Below are positions 21,407 to 32,467 of a stretch of DNA of 64,000 bases, piece after piece (the first letter of the stretch is position 1; each line of letters starts with the position of its first letter). A program made the position numbers and the translations under genes. This stretch comes from Marsupella aquatica (taxonomy: Eukaryota > Plantae > Marchantiophyta), in assembly GCA_973895155.1 (NCBI GenBank), contig OZ316895.1:18898508-18962507 (forward strand). Direction: 5' to 3'. The notes beneath the pieces were generated by a model. That model saw only the letters and a program-made list of their open reading frames with translations. It made no database searches and was not told where the DNA came from.

Positions 21407-24172
21407 TTGTGTCCACACGAGAGTCGTGTCGAAGTTACTGTTAACCTTGAATCAGTCAAGAATATGTTTTCCCCCGGGGATCGAGTTAATCTCTTATTGA
21501 ATGATGAACCGGTTGCGGGTGGGACGGTTTTCAGCATTACTCCCTCGGACTCTTGTCACAACATTCTGATTGGCGAGCACAGAATCAATGTTTCTGTTGA
21601 GGATGATTCTTCCACCTTACTGAGTTACCTTATCCAAACGCAGGGGCGGACCTGGTCGGCGAAAGCTTAAATTCAGTAATTCTGTGGGATCGATCCAACG
21701 TCAGGTTTGCGGAAAGCTAGCGTCCGGTTGATCCAGGTGACAACCAAGAGGAGATTCCTCTAGAACAGGAAGCAGGTTTTGGGGAGCAAGATGCCACGGG
21801 AGACACTGTCCATAGTCAGGACAATGTTCTCTTGAGCAAGGATCGACCTGAGCGATCAAAGTAGGTGGTTCAAGAAGTTTGCTTTGCTTTACGGAAACGA
21901 TGATGAGACACTACTGGCTTGAGGGTGTATCACGAATCCGCACCCTCAAGCATTGATTAACAATGAGAGAGTTGGAGATGATCATGTTGGGATCAATATT
22001 CTCACACTGGCTGCCGACAACAACATCTCAAAGATGACGTTCCCTTATTTTGTTGAGGGAACGCCTTGCACAATCAAATGGCCTTTGCGGAGAACTCGGA
22101 TCGAGCATGGAAAGCAATTGTTAAGCAATCTATTGGATCAAAATGAATTCCTGAATCCTGAGCGAGCAATTGTATCATATGTTAAACCAAAGCGAGGCTA
22201 TAATAATCAACGTCGCAACCCGCAGGCTCCTAAGGAGAAGGAAAGGAAGAAGATTCATAGAAGGCGTAACAGAAAGAAGACTCGGGAATCTATTGATGTT
22301 GTTTTCCAGGTTGAGTGCTGCACAAAGAATTGTTGTAGGAGACAACAATGGGAAGTGGTCAATCAGATTAGAGATGAATTTTATGGTCTCTCTCACGCCG
22401 ATCAACAGACGTACGTTTTGAACCATCTACACGTGAGGGATACAAAAACTATAGAGGTCGGGATGATTATTTTTCGTGGGACACATGTCTGTAAAGAAGG
22501 GTTTTGGACCATCCATGGTTTCTCCAAAGGAACCTTCTATTCAATCTATAGTCACTATCGGAATGGGGCAAAAGTTGGCGTTCATGGCAACCAAGGATCA
22601 ATGAAAACCAAAGACTACATCACGTTGTTTGTGGAGTCTATACGAAGTGTATTCCAGAAATGTGTAGAGCATATGCCTCATCTCCATAAAATTGGAGAGT
22701 CTGGAAAGCAGGAGGTCGTGTAAAGGGTTCCCGTAAGCTACGAGAGGAAAGATGTTTATGAAGAGGCTTGCAAGCTTAACAAGAATCTTGGAGCTTCTTC
22801 TCCTGTCATTGCTACTTTCTACAAGATATTGGAGAAAAAGTTTCCCAATTTTCAGTTTCCTAATCGAAGCAATTTTGCAAAATGCGATCTCTGTACTACA
22901 ATCAAAGAGACTCTTCGAGGCGAGAAGAGACAAGATTTTTTTCTTGAAATCAAGGCCAAAAGAGAACGTCATATGCTGGAACAACAGTCCCGGAGAAGCA
23001 TGTATTATGCAGCCAAACTGGCAGCAGATCAAGAGCCAAAGAAGTATCTCTCGATGATTCATGACAAAATGGATCAACCCAAAACAGGGATACCAAAAAT
23101 GACTTCAACTCTTAAAAGTCAAGCGGGTAAATCAATTCCGTTACCGATGACATTGATTGGAATGCTCACGCATGGACGGGATCCCGGAATCTATGCCCAT
23201 TTTGCACTTGGTGGATTGTGGGCGAGTGATCCTGATTTCACACTCTCATTTCTTTCAAAGTTGTTCAGGGATCTTGAGTCATTCTTTGGGGATAAGACTG
23301 AAGACTTATCGCTGAGGAGCACAGACGTGTCTGATCCTATTTTTGTTGTGCTTTTAGATCGTTGGGCTTTTGAGATTGGCTATCTAGAAAGGAAGAATGT
23401 GGATTTTGACCATTTTAAAGGACTTGAAAATGAGGCTCCGCGCGAGCCTCGCATGGAACCCTCGTCTTCCGATTCCTTTTGACCACTTCCACGCTATTTG
23501 CACCTCCAACTTGACAATTCAAGGAAGGACAATAAGAATCAGACCGTGATCGCATATTGTAGTGAGCTTGTTCTTCGAGGAGTGTTTGAGTCTGTTACAC
23601 TCTCCTTCCTGATGGTTGGTCATACTCATGAGGACGTTGACGCATTCTTTTCATGAGTAGGAATTCGGATTTATAATCATGAGTTAACAACTTTCTTTAG
23701 TTTGATGGCTGAAGTTTGGGAGTGTGAGAAGAAGCATCCAGTCCCAAGATTCATCCGGGAGGTTGCCGGATACAAAGTTTATGTTTCTTCTTATGTGAAG
23801 AAGATCCAAGGTCAGTTGGCCCCTATGCAGTTCTTGTTTTCAATGAAAGAAAATACACCTGTTTATCAATATCGGGAGAAAATTGATTCGCCGTGGCTAC
23901 CTGCTAAAGGTCACTCCATTTGGAAAACTATTGGAAAGGACTTTGTGTTTCCCTCCAGAAATCCTTTTTCAAAACAAATGGAGTCAACTCATAAGCGAGC
24001 GAGTGACATTCTCGAATACCGCATTCATTACGTTTCATGGCTAAAAGCCGCCTAGAAAGATGTCACATCAGAGGGATATCATTTTTGATCCCCGAAAATT
24101 GAGTATTGGGAAAATGTCATCAGGGTCTTCGAAGGTTCCCTATGCTCTGCACCTAATCTGGAGAGGGACTAT
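21407..24172 (+). pseudogene. Sola1-like (DUF7869-type) DDD transposase with multiple stops and frameshifts
   Basis: ECCTKNCC, VCKEGFWTIHG.S, FAKCDLC, MIHDKMDQ.K, LHLQLDNS.KDNKN (~23500-23540) and SFLMVGHTHEDVDAFFS (~23603-23653). Confidence 0.8.
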
Positions 24173-24620
24173 TGTGACGCCAATGACATGGTCCTTATTT
24201 TGTAATCTGATTAAGTAGGTTGCTGTATGCAAGGAGTAGCTATTGATATTGCATAACAATTAGCAAGATGGCAAGAATAAGGGCAATCATGGCGTTAAGA
24301 GTAGGGAAATAAAAGCTATATCGCGGGTGGTCGACGACCATATCTCTTTCAATATGTCACCAAATCCGGATCTGTAAAGAGCATTGGAAAGATCTGGTCA
24401 AGGCGAGTAAAATCGATATAAAACACTCGAGAAATGGAGGTGTATTAAGAAAGATACGGCCTGATTAGTGTGATGGGTTAACTTGTGGCCGGAATTAGCG
24501 GATTCGGCTTCAGTTTCGGGTTAACCCAAGCTCGACCACGGCTTAGCTTATGTGAGCACGGCTTCAGCTTAGCTCAGGTCAGCACGGCTTCAGCTTAGCT
24601 TAGGTAAGCACGTAGATCAA
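24173..24620. mobile_element. LTR-like fragment truncating the transposase, with short gcacggcttcagcttagct repeats
   Basis: Abrupt TGTGACG junction; repeats at 24537-24612. Confidence 0.45.
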
Positions 24621-25846
24621 CCCTAAACCCAAATCTCTTTTTGCGCTAGTCTCGCGTAGAGCATTGAGGTCCTTCTGTTCCTCTGCGATTGTCTTACCCA
24701 CATCTCGGTGCCAGCTTCCTTGGGTAGTTTGGTTGGAGTCATCTTCCCAACAGATTTTGAATTCAGTTTTGGCATCGATGGCATTGGTTTGAGGGATGCC
24801 TCTTCCAACATCAACTATTTTTGTGAATAATGAAAAGTTTTCTTTTTCAAAATCGTGTGCACGTTGTCAATCACTTACATGGTATCTTCAGCTCTGATGT
24901 ATCTTGTTTTTTTGTGTCACCTCTTTCCTAAAACTTTGGAGGACACAATTATCGCGTAGAGTACACCGAGAAAGTAGACTTGATTTCAAGTTACCCAATA
25001 GAGCTCAGCTTAGCGCAGATTCCTTGTCCGACGGCTGTCTAATCCTTGGGCTCTGGAAGTCCCCCCCTTTGGGCCAAGCTTCTGACCCAGAGGCCTTCCT
25101 CTTGAGATTTTGTTAACATTGTGAATCATCTATGGGGTGATTAGAGAGGTTGAGTGATTCACAGAATTGGTCTTTGTCGCTCCTCACTCAGAGAGTTGAC
25201 ACTCTCGAGCGTAGAATATCAGAATTGGAAAGGCGTGGCCCATCCCAGGTCGTGAAAATTAAAATGGGCGAAGGTGAAAGGTCAAAAGTGTTTGGCAAAA
25301 AAACATCTGACAGCAAACCTGCCCCCCGGTTGGTATCCCAGGCCTTGGAGTTTCAGGCTTCGGGGGAAGATATCCGGAATTTTATAGAAAGAAAGGGCTC
25401 TATAGAAAGTCCCTTGTCATACGCGGAAAGATACGTGATATCTTTGATAGTTAGACCGTTGACCCATCAAATCAAGGAATTTATATTATGGAAGAAAAGT
25501 TCAATATAAAAAGGGCTCTAGCACATTTGATTTTAAATTCCTTCATCTTTGCATCTGTCGATAATAAGGACAAGCTCCACAAAGATTTGCACTATATAAA
25601 ACGAGCACTCGATAGGATGAAAGAGAAAATTGATAGTTTCAATGGACAAGGTGCCCTTTGTGTTCATTCCAAAACTCTAATCTGAAAATTCCAAAACTCT
25701 AAACTAAATATTCCAAAACCTCATTTTAGAAATTCCAAAACCCCTTCTCTAAATTTCCAAAAAGCACTTTTCAATATTCCATTCTTGGGAGAATTTTCCA
25801 GAATTAGTGAAATGTCTGATATTAGCATTATACTTACCTTCGGATT

Positions 25847-27822
25847 ATGGCTACCATGAATTGTGGTCGTGGAGCTATTAGGACCCACTCGAATTCTAGG
25901 AGTGATGCCACTTGGCGGGATGCTGAGGGTGGGGCTGGACATTGGGCAAACCCTGCTTCCCCACGTGTTATGACGACCTCTGCGCGGATTGACAAGCAGG
26001 CGGAAAACTCTTCGGGAACGGGATTTACGGGGCACTACAAGGGCCAGGATGTTAGGGCGATTTGTGACTTCCCTACGGTGGCACAAATCGCACCCTCTAC
26101 CAAGGTGTCTGAGCCGGTCAACTTTGCGACTAATATGCAAAGCTGGTTTGGACTACGTCCTTCTGGAGACAATGTGGATGGCTTCTCCCGGTGGAATACT
26201 GATTTACACCATGATCATCGGGTGATGGATGCTCTGGAAGACAGAATCTCGGCTCCACTCAAGGAACATTTCCGTGATGACATTGGAGAGCGCAGTGAGG
26301 GAGACACTTTGATGTTGGATCACTCTGATGGAGGCACACCTTCCTGGCATTGTAGAATGACTCGGGCTGAAGTTCCTGCTCCTTCGGCTTCCGAACGGAG
26401 GACTGCTAAATTGAACCGGCCAGCAAAGGCAGAAGCTTGCATCCCCCTCCTACGTAGAATTGCAGATCTTTCTGTCCAGGATTGGCCCTCTAAGTTACAC
26501 ACAACCATTGAATGGTCTCTTGATGAAGCTGCGGATACTATCACTGAGCTCTATAATTGCACAATGATGTGCTATTTTACTGACAGGACTCCTATGCTGC
26601 CTACCTTCAAATTCTGGGTCAACAAAACCTTTGTGGAAGAAATGCACTGGCCTGTGACACAAGTGAAATTTGTTGGTAAGAATTTTTATTTGGTTTCCTT
26701 CAGAAATCCAGAGCATTGAGACTTTGCCTTGGCTGGTGCTCCCTGGTTCCTTGAACGGAAATTTGTTTTCACCTTTCTGTGGGACCCTTCTTTCGATATT
26801 AGGAGTGAGTCCCATACGTTACTCCCTGTCTAGATTGAAATACCTTTTCAAGCACTTGTGTTGGAACCCTGCAGGAGAAAGCTGGCTGCTTCCCTGGGGG
26901 CATTCTTCACTACATTCAAGGGGATGAATTAAGCTCCTAACCTCATGACAGGGCTTGTGTCTTGTGGGACACCCAGCGTGAAGTACCTCTAAGCGTGGAG
27001 GTATTGATTAAAACTGGACTCTCTATTTGGCAGCCGGTGATTTTTAAAAATATCCCCTTTCACTGCTTTCATTGTGGTAAGAAAGGACATCTGGCCAGTG
27101 GATGTCAAGAATTTGATGAAACTCCAACTGCTACTGATACTCCCATTGCGGATGTTCCGTCTATTCCTATTGCCACAACCATTGTACCTATTCCAGCTAC
27201 ACTTGAGAATGTTCAGCCTAACTCTGCTCCTCCGTCTACCGCTGAACCAACACTCCCTACCTCACAAGCTCCAGCACTAGTTCTGGTGCACTCGCCCATC
27301 GTGACTTCTCATCCAGTAACCCCTTCTACGTCACCAATTCCTCCTCTACCTGATGCAGACAAAGAGAATTCACTTTTTGGTGGTCCCTTCACTATGGTTG
27401 ACGCTAACATTGTGGTGACTGCGAGGGACTTTGCGGACTCCTGCTTCAGTGTTGAAGCTCTTGATGCTACTGAGCTGGTGCTCTCTAACAGAGATCTTAT
27501 CCCTCTGGTGATTCAAGAACTACAAGTGGCCCCGCAGACCTTAATCCCACTCAACTCTGGTTCTATCTCCCTTGAAAATCAGGTTGTTTTTACTGTTGAG
27601 CAGCCCACGTTGCTGCTGCCGATCACCGGCGCTAGCAAATCTAAGGTGATGGCTAATGTGGATGGTGATCGATCTGCTTCTGATTTACCATCGGATATGG
27701 AGCTATCTGACTATGAGGGCTATGTCTCCCGCAGTGCTATAAAGAAGGATTGGGCTCGGAAGCTGGCGAAGCGTTCTCCTGTCGAGGAGAAGATGGATTA
27801 CTCCAAAGAGGAGACTTTCTAG
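25847..27822 (+). pseudogene. LINE ORF1 (DUF4283/RRM-like domain plus CCHC zinc knuckle)
   Basis: VKFVGKNFYLVSFRNPEH*..AL...PW......F...W.P.F and WQPVIFKNIPFHCFHCGKKGHLASGC. Internal stops at 26717, 26830 and 26938. Confidence 0.88.
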
Positions 27823-28034
27823 GGATCATAAAAAGGGACACCATGCAGAGATTGTTGAGGATCTGAATTCTCCAGTGACCCAATCTATTTTACCGGCTGA
27901 GAGCCCGCTGATGGGTCCGGTTGCTTCTACCCTGGTGGCGGCTGGCTCCCTCCTCCCCACCGGTTGAGGGGATCTGCTTGACAGTTTTTTACTCCGCTGA
28001 CCTGCTACGGTGCTAGGTGCACAAGTTTGCACCC

Positions 28035-31000
28035 ATGGGAACACTCAATTTTGCATCTTGGAACGTTTGTGGCCTATGCCACCCTAACCGCAAGAAGGTG
28101 GTGTTACAATGGGTATCTTCTCTCCGTCCTACTCTGGATGTACTAGCTCTACAAGAGATCAAAGCAGAAGGCTTTCGACTGGATAATGCTCTTTGAACTA
28201 TCATGCCATCTTTTCAATATTTTTACTCACCTCTTGATGACGGTAAGGGCGGCTCGGCGATCTTAGTCAGCCCTGCCCTTAAAGTGACTACTTTGGGTTT
28301 CCTTGACAAGGGTCAAGCCATTTGGGTACAAATGGAACACTGCAAAGAAAATTTTGGCCTGTTGTGCCTGTATGCTCCTAACACCCCAGGGGAGAGGTTG
28401 ATTCTCTAGGATGATCTGCTGAACCTGCTACCACAAGGGAGATGGATCTTCTACGGCGACTTCAGCATGACTGAGTGCCGCAGCGATTCAACTGGACTGT
28501 CACCCTTGATCTGTGGCAGAGAATTGGAGGTTTGGCGCTTCCTCAAAACTTGTTTTGATCTTCAGGACGCTTTCACCATATTGGGTCAAGTATCTAGCGC
28601 TCTATTCACCTGGCGCAGAATACGGATGGTAGGATGATCCAATCTTGACTTGACCGCTTTTATCTGAGTGAAAAGGGGCAATGGATGGAGGAGATCAAGG
28701 ATCTCAAGCATGATGGCACCTCTGCACTCTCTGATCACGATCTTGTGTTGATGACTTTTTGCTTAAATTCAGGTCTTTCATCTTTGTCCTCTCGGAAATG
28801 AGCCACCTTTTTTAAAGCGAACCTTGCTGTCCTCCGTAAGGAGGAGAATTTGGAGCGTTTAGCTGCTGCATGGTCTGGATCTATGGAGGTGAATCCCACC
28901 GATCCTCACAGGAAATTTGCTGCTGCATACCAGAGATTTTGACATTGTTACATGGAAATACAATCACTACCCTTGCCTCGAACTGAAGAGCTAGCCCTGG
29001 TAAAAAATAAACTACGTCTCTTAAAAATTGCTATCCTGGATGACGATTCTCCTAAATGCATCAGTTCTCCTGTGCCGATAATTGTGTCCGAGAGATGGAG
29101 CTAAAGGATGCTCGTCATAATCAAAGGCTTTCTCGTATTAAATGGATTGGGCAGGGCGAAGAGCCCTCCAAATTCTATTTCTCTATTGTGAAAGCTAAAC
29201 ACTTGAGAGAAAGAATGGAATATCTGCTGACTGAGGATAACAAGGAGATCAGGGAAGAGGATCATATCATCACTGAGGTTCATAGATTACATGAAGAATT
29301 ATATGCACCTACAATGCGGGATGCTGCGGCTCACAACAAAATGAGAGAGGCTCGGGTGAGACTCTGCGCCAACACACACTTCTCCCCTTCTGCGGCTGAG
29401 AATAGGGAGCTGGAAGCTCTTCCATCTATCAAGGAACTACATGACGCTTTACTGCTGTTGCCTTGTGATAAAGCTCCAGGGGTTGATGGAATGATTGCAG
29501 AAGTTTTGAGAGCCTGTTGGGGATTTATGAAAGATGATCTATATGTGATGATTTGTGACTTCTGGAGGACTGGAATTCTCTCCTTTTGCCTTAAGGATGG
29601 CGTAATTTGCTTTATCCCTAAGAAGACTGACAAGTGTCGTCTAAAGGATTGGAGACCTCTTACTATGTTGTCCATTACCTATAAGTTGATTGCTAAGCTA
29701 CTGGCTCGTAGACTCTCAGTCCTACTCCCGCATATGATCAGCCCTCAACAAACTGGATTCATCCCTGGGCAGCACATTCTTGAGAACATCTTGATTGCTT
29801 GGCTGATGAATGACTGGCTTCAAGCCACAGGCACCCCTGCTCTATTTTTGATGCTTGACTTTGAGAAGGCCTTTGATCGAGTGGATCATTCTTACATCTG
29901 GGAAACGATGCACCTTCTGGGGCTGGGTTCCCACTTTATTTTTCTGGTACGTGCACTCATTAGCGGTGCCTGCTCAAAGGTGCTGGTAAATGGCCTTTAG
30001 ACTGCTGACATCAACATGTCTTGTGGTGTTCGCCAGGGGTGCCCTTTGTCTCCTCTACTTTTTGCACTATCAACACAACCTCTAATGGATTTCTGCAAGG
30101 CGGAAATTGCTGCTGGCAGACTGCAGGGAATCCAACTCTCCTCTTTGTTAAATGTCTGTCTTAGATTTTTTGCGGATGACCTGGGCTTATTTATTCCTGC
30201 TACAAAGGAGGCTTTCTATCAGGCCAGAAGTGCGATCAATTGCTATGAAGAAGCGACTGGAGCTAAGGTGAACCTTGAGAAATCGATTGTGATCCCGATT
30301 GCCCTAGACGAGATACCAACCTGGCTTTGCAAAATTGGCTGTAGAATTAGCACTCTTGGAATGGTGCAGAGATACTTGGGGGCACCTTTTGGTACTGGCC
30401 TCTCTGAGGCTCAATTACACTGCTTCTGCCTTGATCGTATTGGTTCTTGCTTGGCTACTTGGTCGACGCGCTTTCTTTCTTTCACTGGCCGGGTACTATT
30501 GGTTAAGCATGTGCTCCAAGCTATTCCTGTGTATCACATGATGTTTTTGAGATCCCCTCTTGCACTGACGAAGAAATTGATAGTGCTGAATCGAGTTTTT
30601 CTGTGGGGTTTGAATCCGCTGGGTGGGAAGAGAATCCCTTTGGGCTTGGGATACGCTATCCCGGCCCAAGATGGATGGGGGGCTTGGTATTAAGGACTTT
30701 TAGAGTCATTTTGATGCGCTGCTATGTAAATGGTTCATTGGGGCACTTGATTGCCCTGAATCTGAATGGGCTAGAATTTTTGCTGAGAACCTTCGACTCA
30801 CCCGATGGCTCAACTACAAGACGGTGCACAGATATGCCTATTCAATGACTGACAAATTGCTATTATGTACTCCCCGGACTTTTGGCAAGCTCACCTACAC
30901 TGGACAACTTTGGAAGACTTGGCAAACTGTGCGTGAGAATTTGATTTTCTGTCCGGGGGAGAGCTTCATCCCTGGACGGTGGAGTGTAGTTGTCTGCAGG

Positions 31001-31965
31001 GATTTTCCAACTTGTCTGATCAACTCTTATCTGAGGTGATGCAAACTTTTGGCTGCTTGGAAATCCGTCAGATCTGTGATTTCTGGTCTATATCCAATGC
31101 TACCTGGATTCCCATGTTCGACAGGATTGGGAGTACGAGGAACCTTTCGATGGAGGGTCGAAGGACTTGCCTGTCGTTCACCTGCACCATCCACAACTCA
31201 ACTTACTTTGGCTGCATTGTTGAGACCCACGTTGCTCAGTGGAGATGGGCTGATCAGAACCTGTTGCTAAAGCACTTTAGACTTCCCAATCTACGTGCCT
31301 ATGAGATGATTCGTCCAAAGGGATCGGATTATGAGAGGATGAACCGCATATGGGGTAAGACCTGCTCTGAAGCTGAATGGTCTAATATGTGGCAAGCCAT
31401 GTGGAAGTCTGACCTCTCTACTTGAGCTAAAGTCTTTCTCTGGCATATCCTGATGCAAGGACTATTTTTTGGCTCCAGAGCCCTGAGAATTGGAAAATCT
31501 TCTGGATGTTGCACTCTTTGTTGCGGAGTCCTAGAAACCATCCCCCACATTTTTTCTAGCTGCAGGCATGCAGCCAGATGTTGGCCCCTTGTCCATGGAT
31601 GGCTGAATGGTCTCATTTGTGATAATGAGATGGACTTAGTAGGATTGATACTCTCTACCATGTTGAGAACACCACCATCTACCCTCCGTTTCTTTGTGCT
31701 TTATCAAGTGTTGTGGAATCTTTGGCTGGCACGGAATATTCAAAATTTTGACTTGACACAAAAGAGGAGCTTCAATCAGGTTCTTGTTATCTCTGAAACA
31801 CTGGATCATCTCACTGTGGTTGCGGAAGCTACTAGCCCTTCAAGAAGACTTGTTCGGCTTTCTGGTGCTTTGGAAATCCTAGGGCAGGAACGCAATAGAA
31901 TGATGAGAGATAGCATTGTTAGTGTTGAGTCACATTGCAGACGGGTCTTGACCCGTTCTGGTTGA
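28035..31965 (+). pseudogene. LINE ORF2 (AP endonuclease, RT, zf-RVT)
   Basis: ASWNVCGL, LALQE.K, LYAPN, GDF, LDRFY, SDH; KAPGVDG, WRPLTML, LDFEKAFDRV, GVRQGCPLSPLLF, FADD, RYLG; CTLC...ETIPHIF..C. Many stops and frameshifts. Confidence 0.95.
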
Positions 31966-32467
31966 TGGTATTAGTTTACTCAGGGCTTTTCACACCTACT
32001 GCGGTTCAGTTGGTCACACTGGACCCTACGTCGTGGCTTGACTGATGTCTTGGATGCTTTTTAGATGGCGATAGAATTCCCTGGTTCCTTTTTGAGACCT
32101 TTGTCTTTTCTTGCCCTTTATGGCTCTTTTGCCTGTTGGCCTGCGGGGTCCCCCCATCCGTGGGGTTCACACGGAATAAATGTAAATTTCAAACAAAAAA
32201 TAAATCAAAAATAAAAATGGTTATAAGGACCCTAATGTTCTTATAAGTCTCAAAATTTGATTTAAAAGACCCTATTGTTCTTCTCAAAAAATTCTTAAGT
32301 CTTCCATTTGAATCAATAAAATGACCCTATACTTTGTTGCACGTGATGTGCCATTTTTGTGGAAGTGAAACCCCTGAGCCATACAAAGAATTAGATACAA
32401 AATATACATGAAAGTGGATACAAGACAAATGTGCATCAAGAATAAAATGTGCATTACAAATGGCATG

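Larger units (their letters stand above)
13664..23457. repeat. Twelve dispersed copies of a 21-bp imperfect palindrome TC(T/C)ACACGAG-N-CTCG(T/C)(G/A)T(G/A)GA
   Basis: Starts at 13664, 14629, 16420, 19638, 19731, 19849, 19905, 19979, 21250, 21319, 21412 and 23437. Confidence 0.92.
12020..24172. mobile_element. Large degenerate Sola1-like DNA transposon with multi-gene cargo (boundaries approximate, right end truncated)
   Basis: Transposase on + is divergent from a minus-strand gene cluster. The same 21-bp palindrome occurs in both the cargo and the transposase, linking them. No TIR pair was found. The right side is cut by TGTGACG at 24173. Confidence 0.6.
24900..32335 (+). mobile_element. 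Near-full-length L1-clade LINE, inactivated (5' boundary approximate)
   Basis: 5' repeat array, ORF1, ORF2 and a 3' UTR with hairpin and A-rich tract. Confidence 0.9.

Noticed and set aside
19638-21432. Palindrome clusters as a CRISPR array
   Set aside because: Start-to-start spacing is irregular (93, 118, 56, 74; 69, 93 bp), copies also lie inside coding regions kilobases away, there are no cas genes, and the context is eukaryotic.
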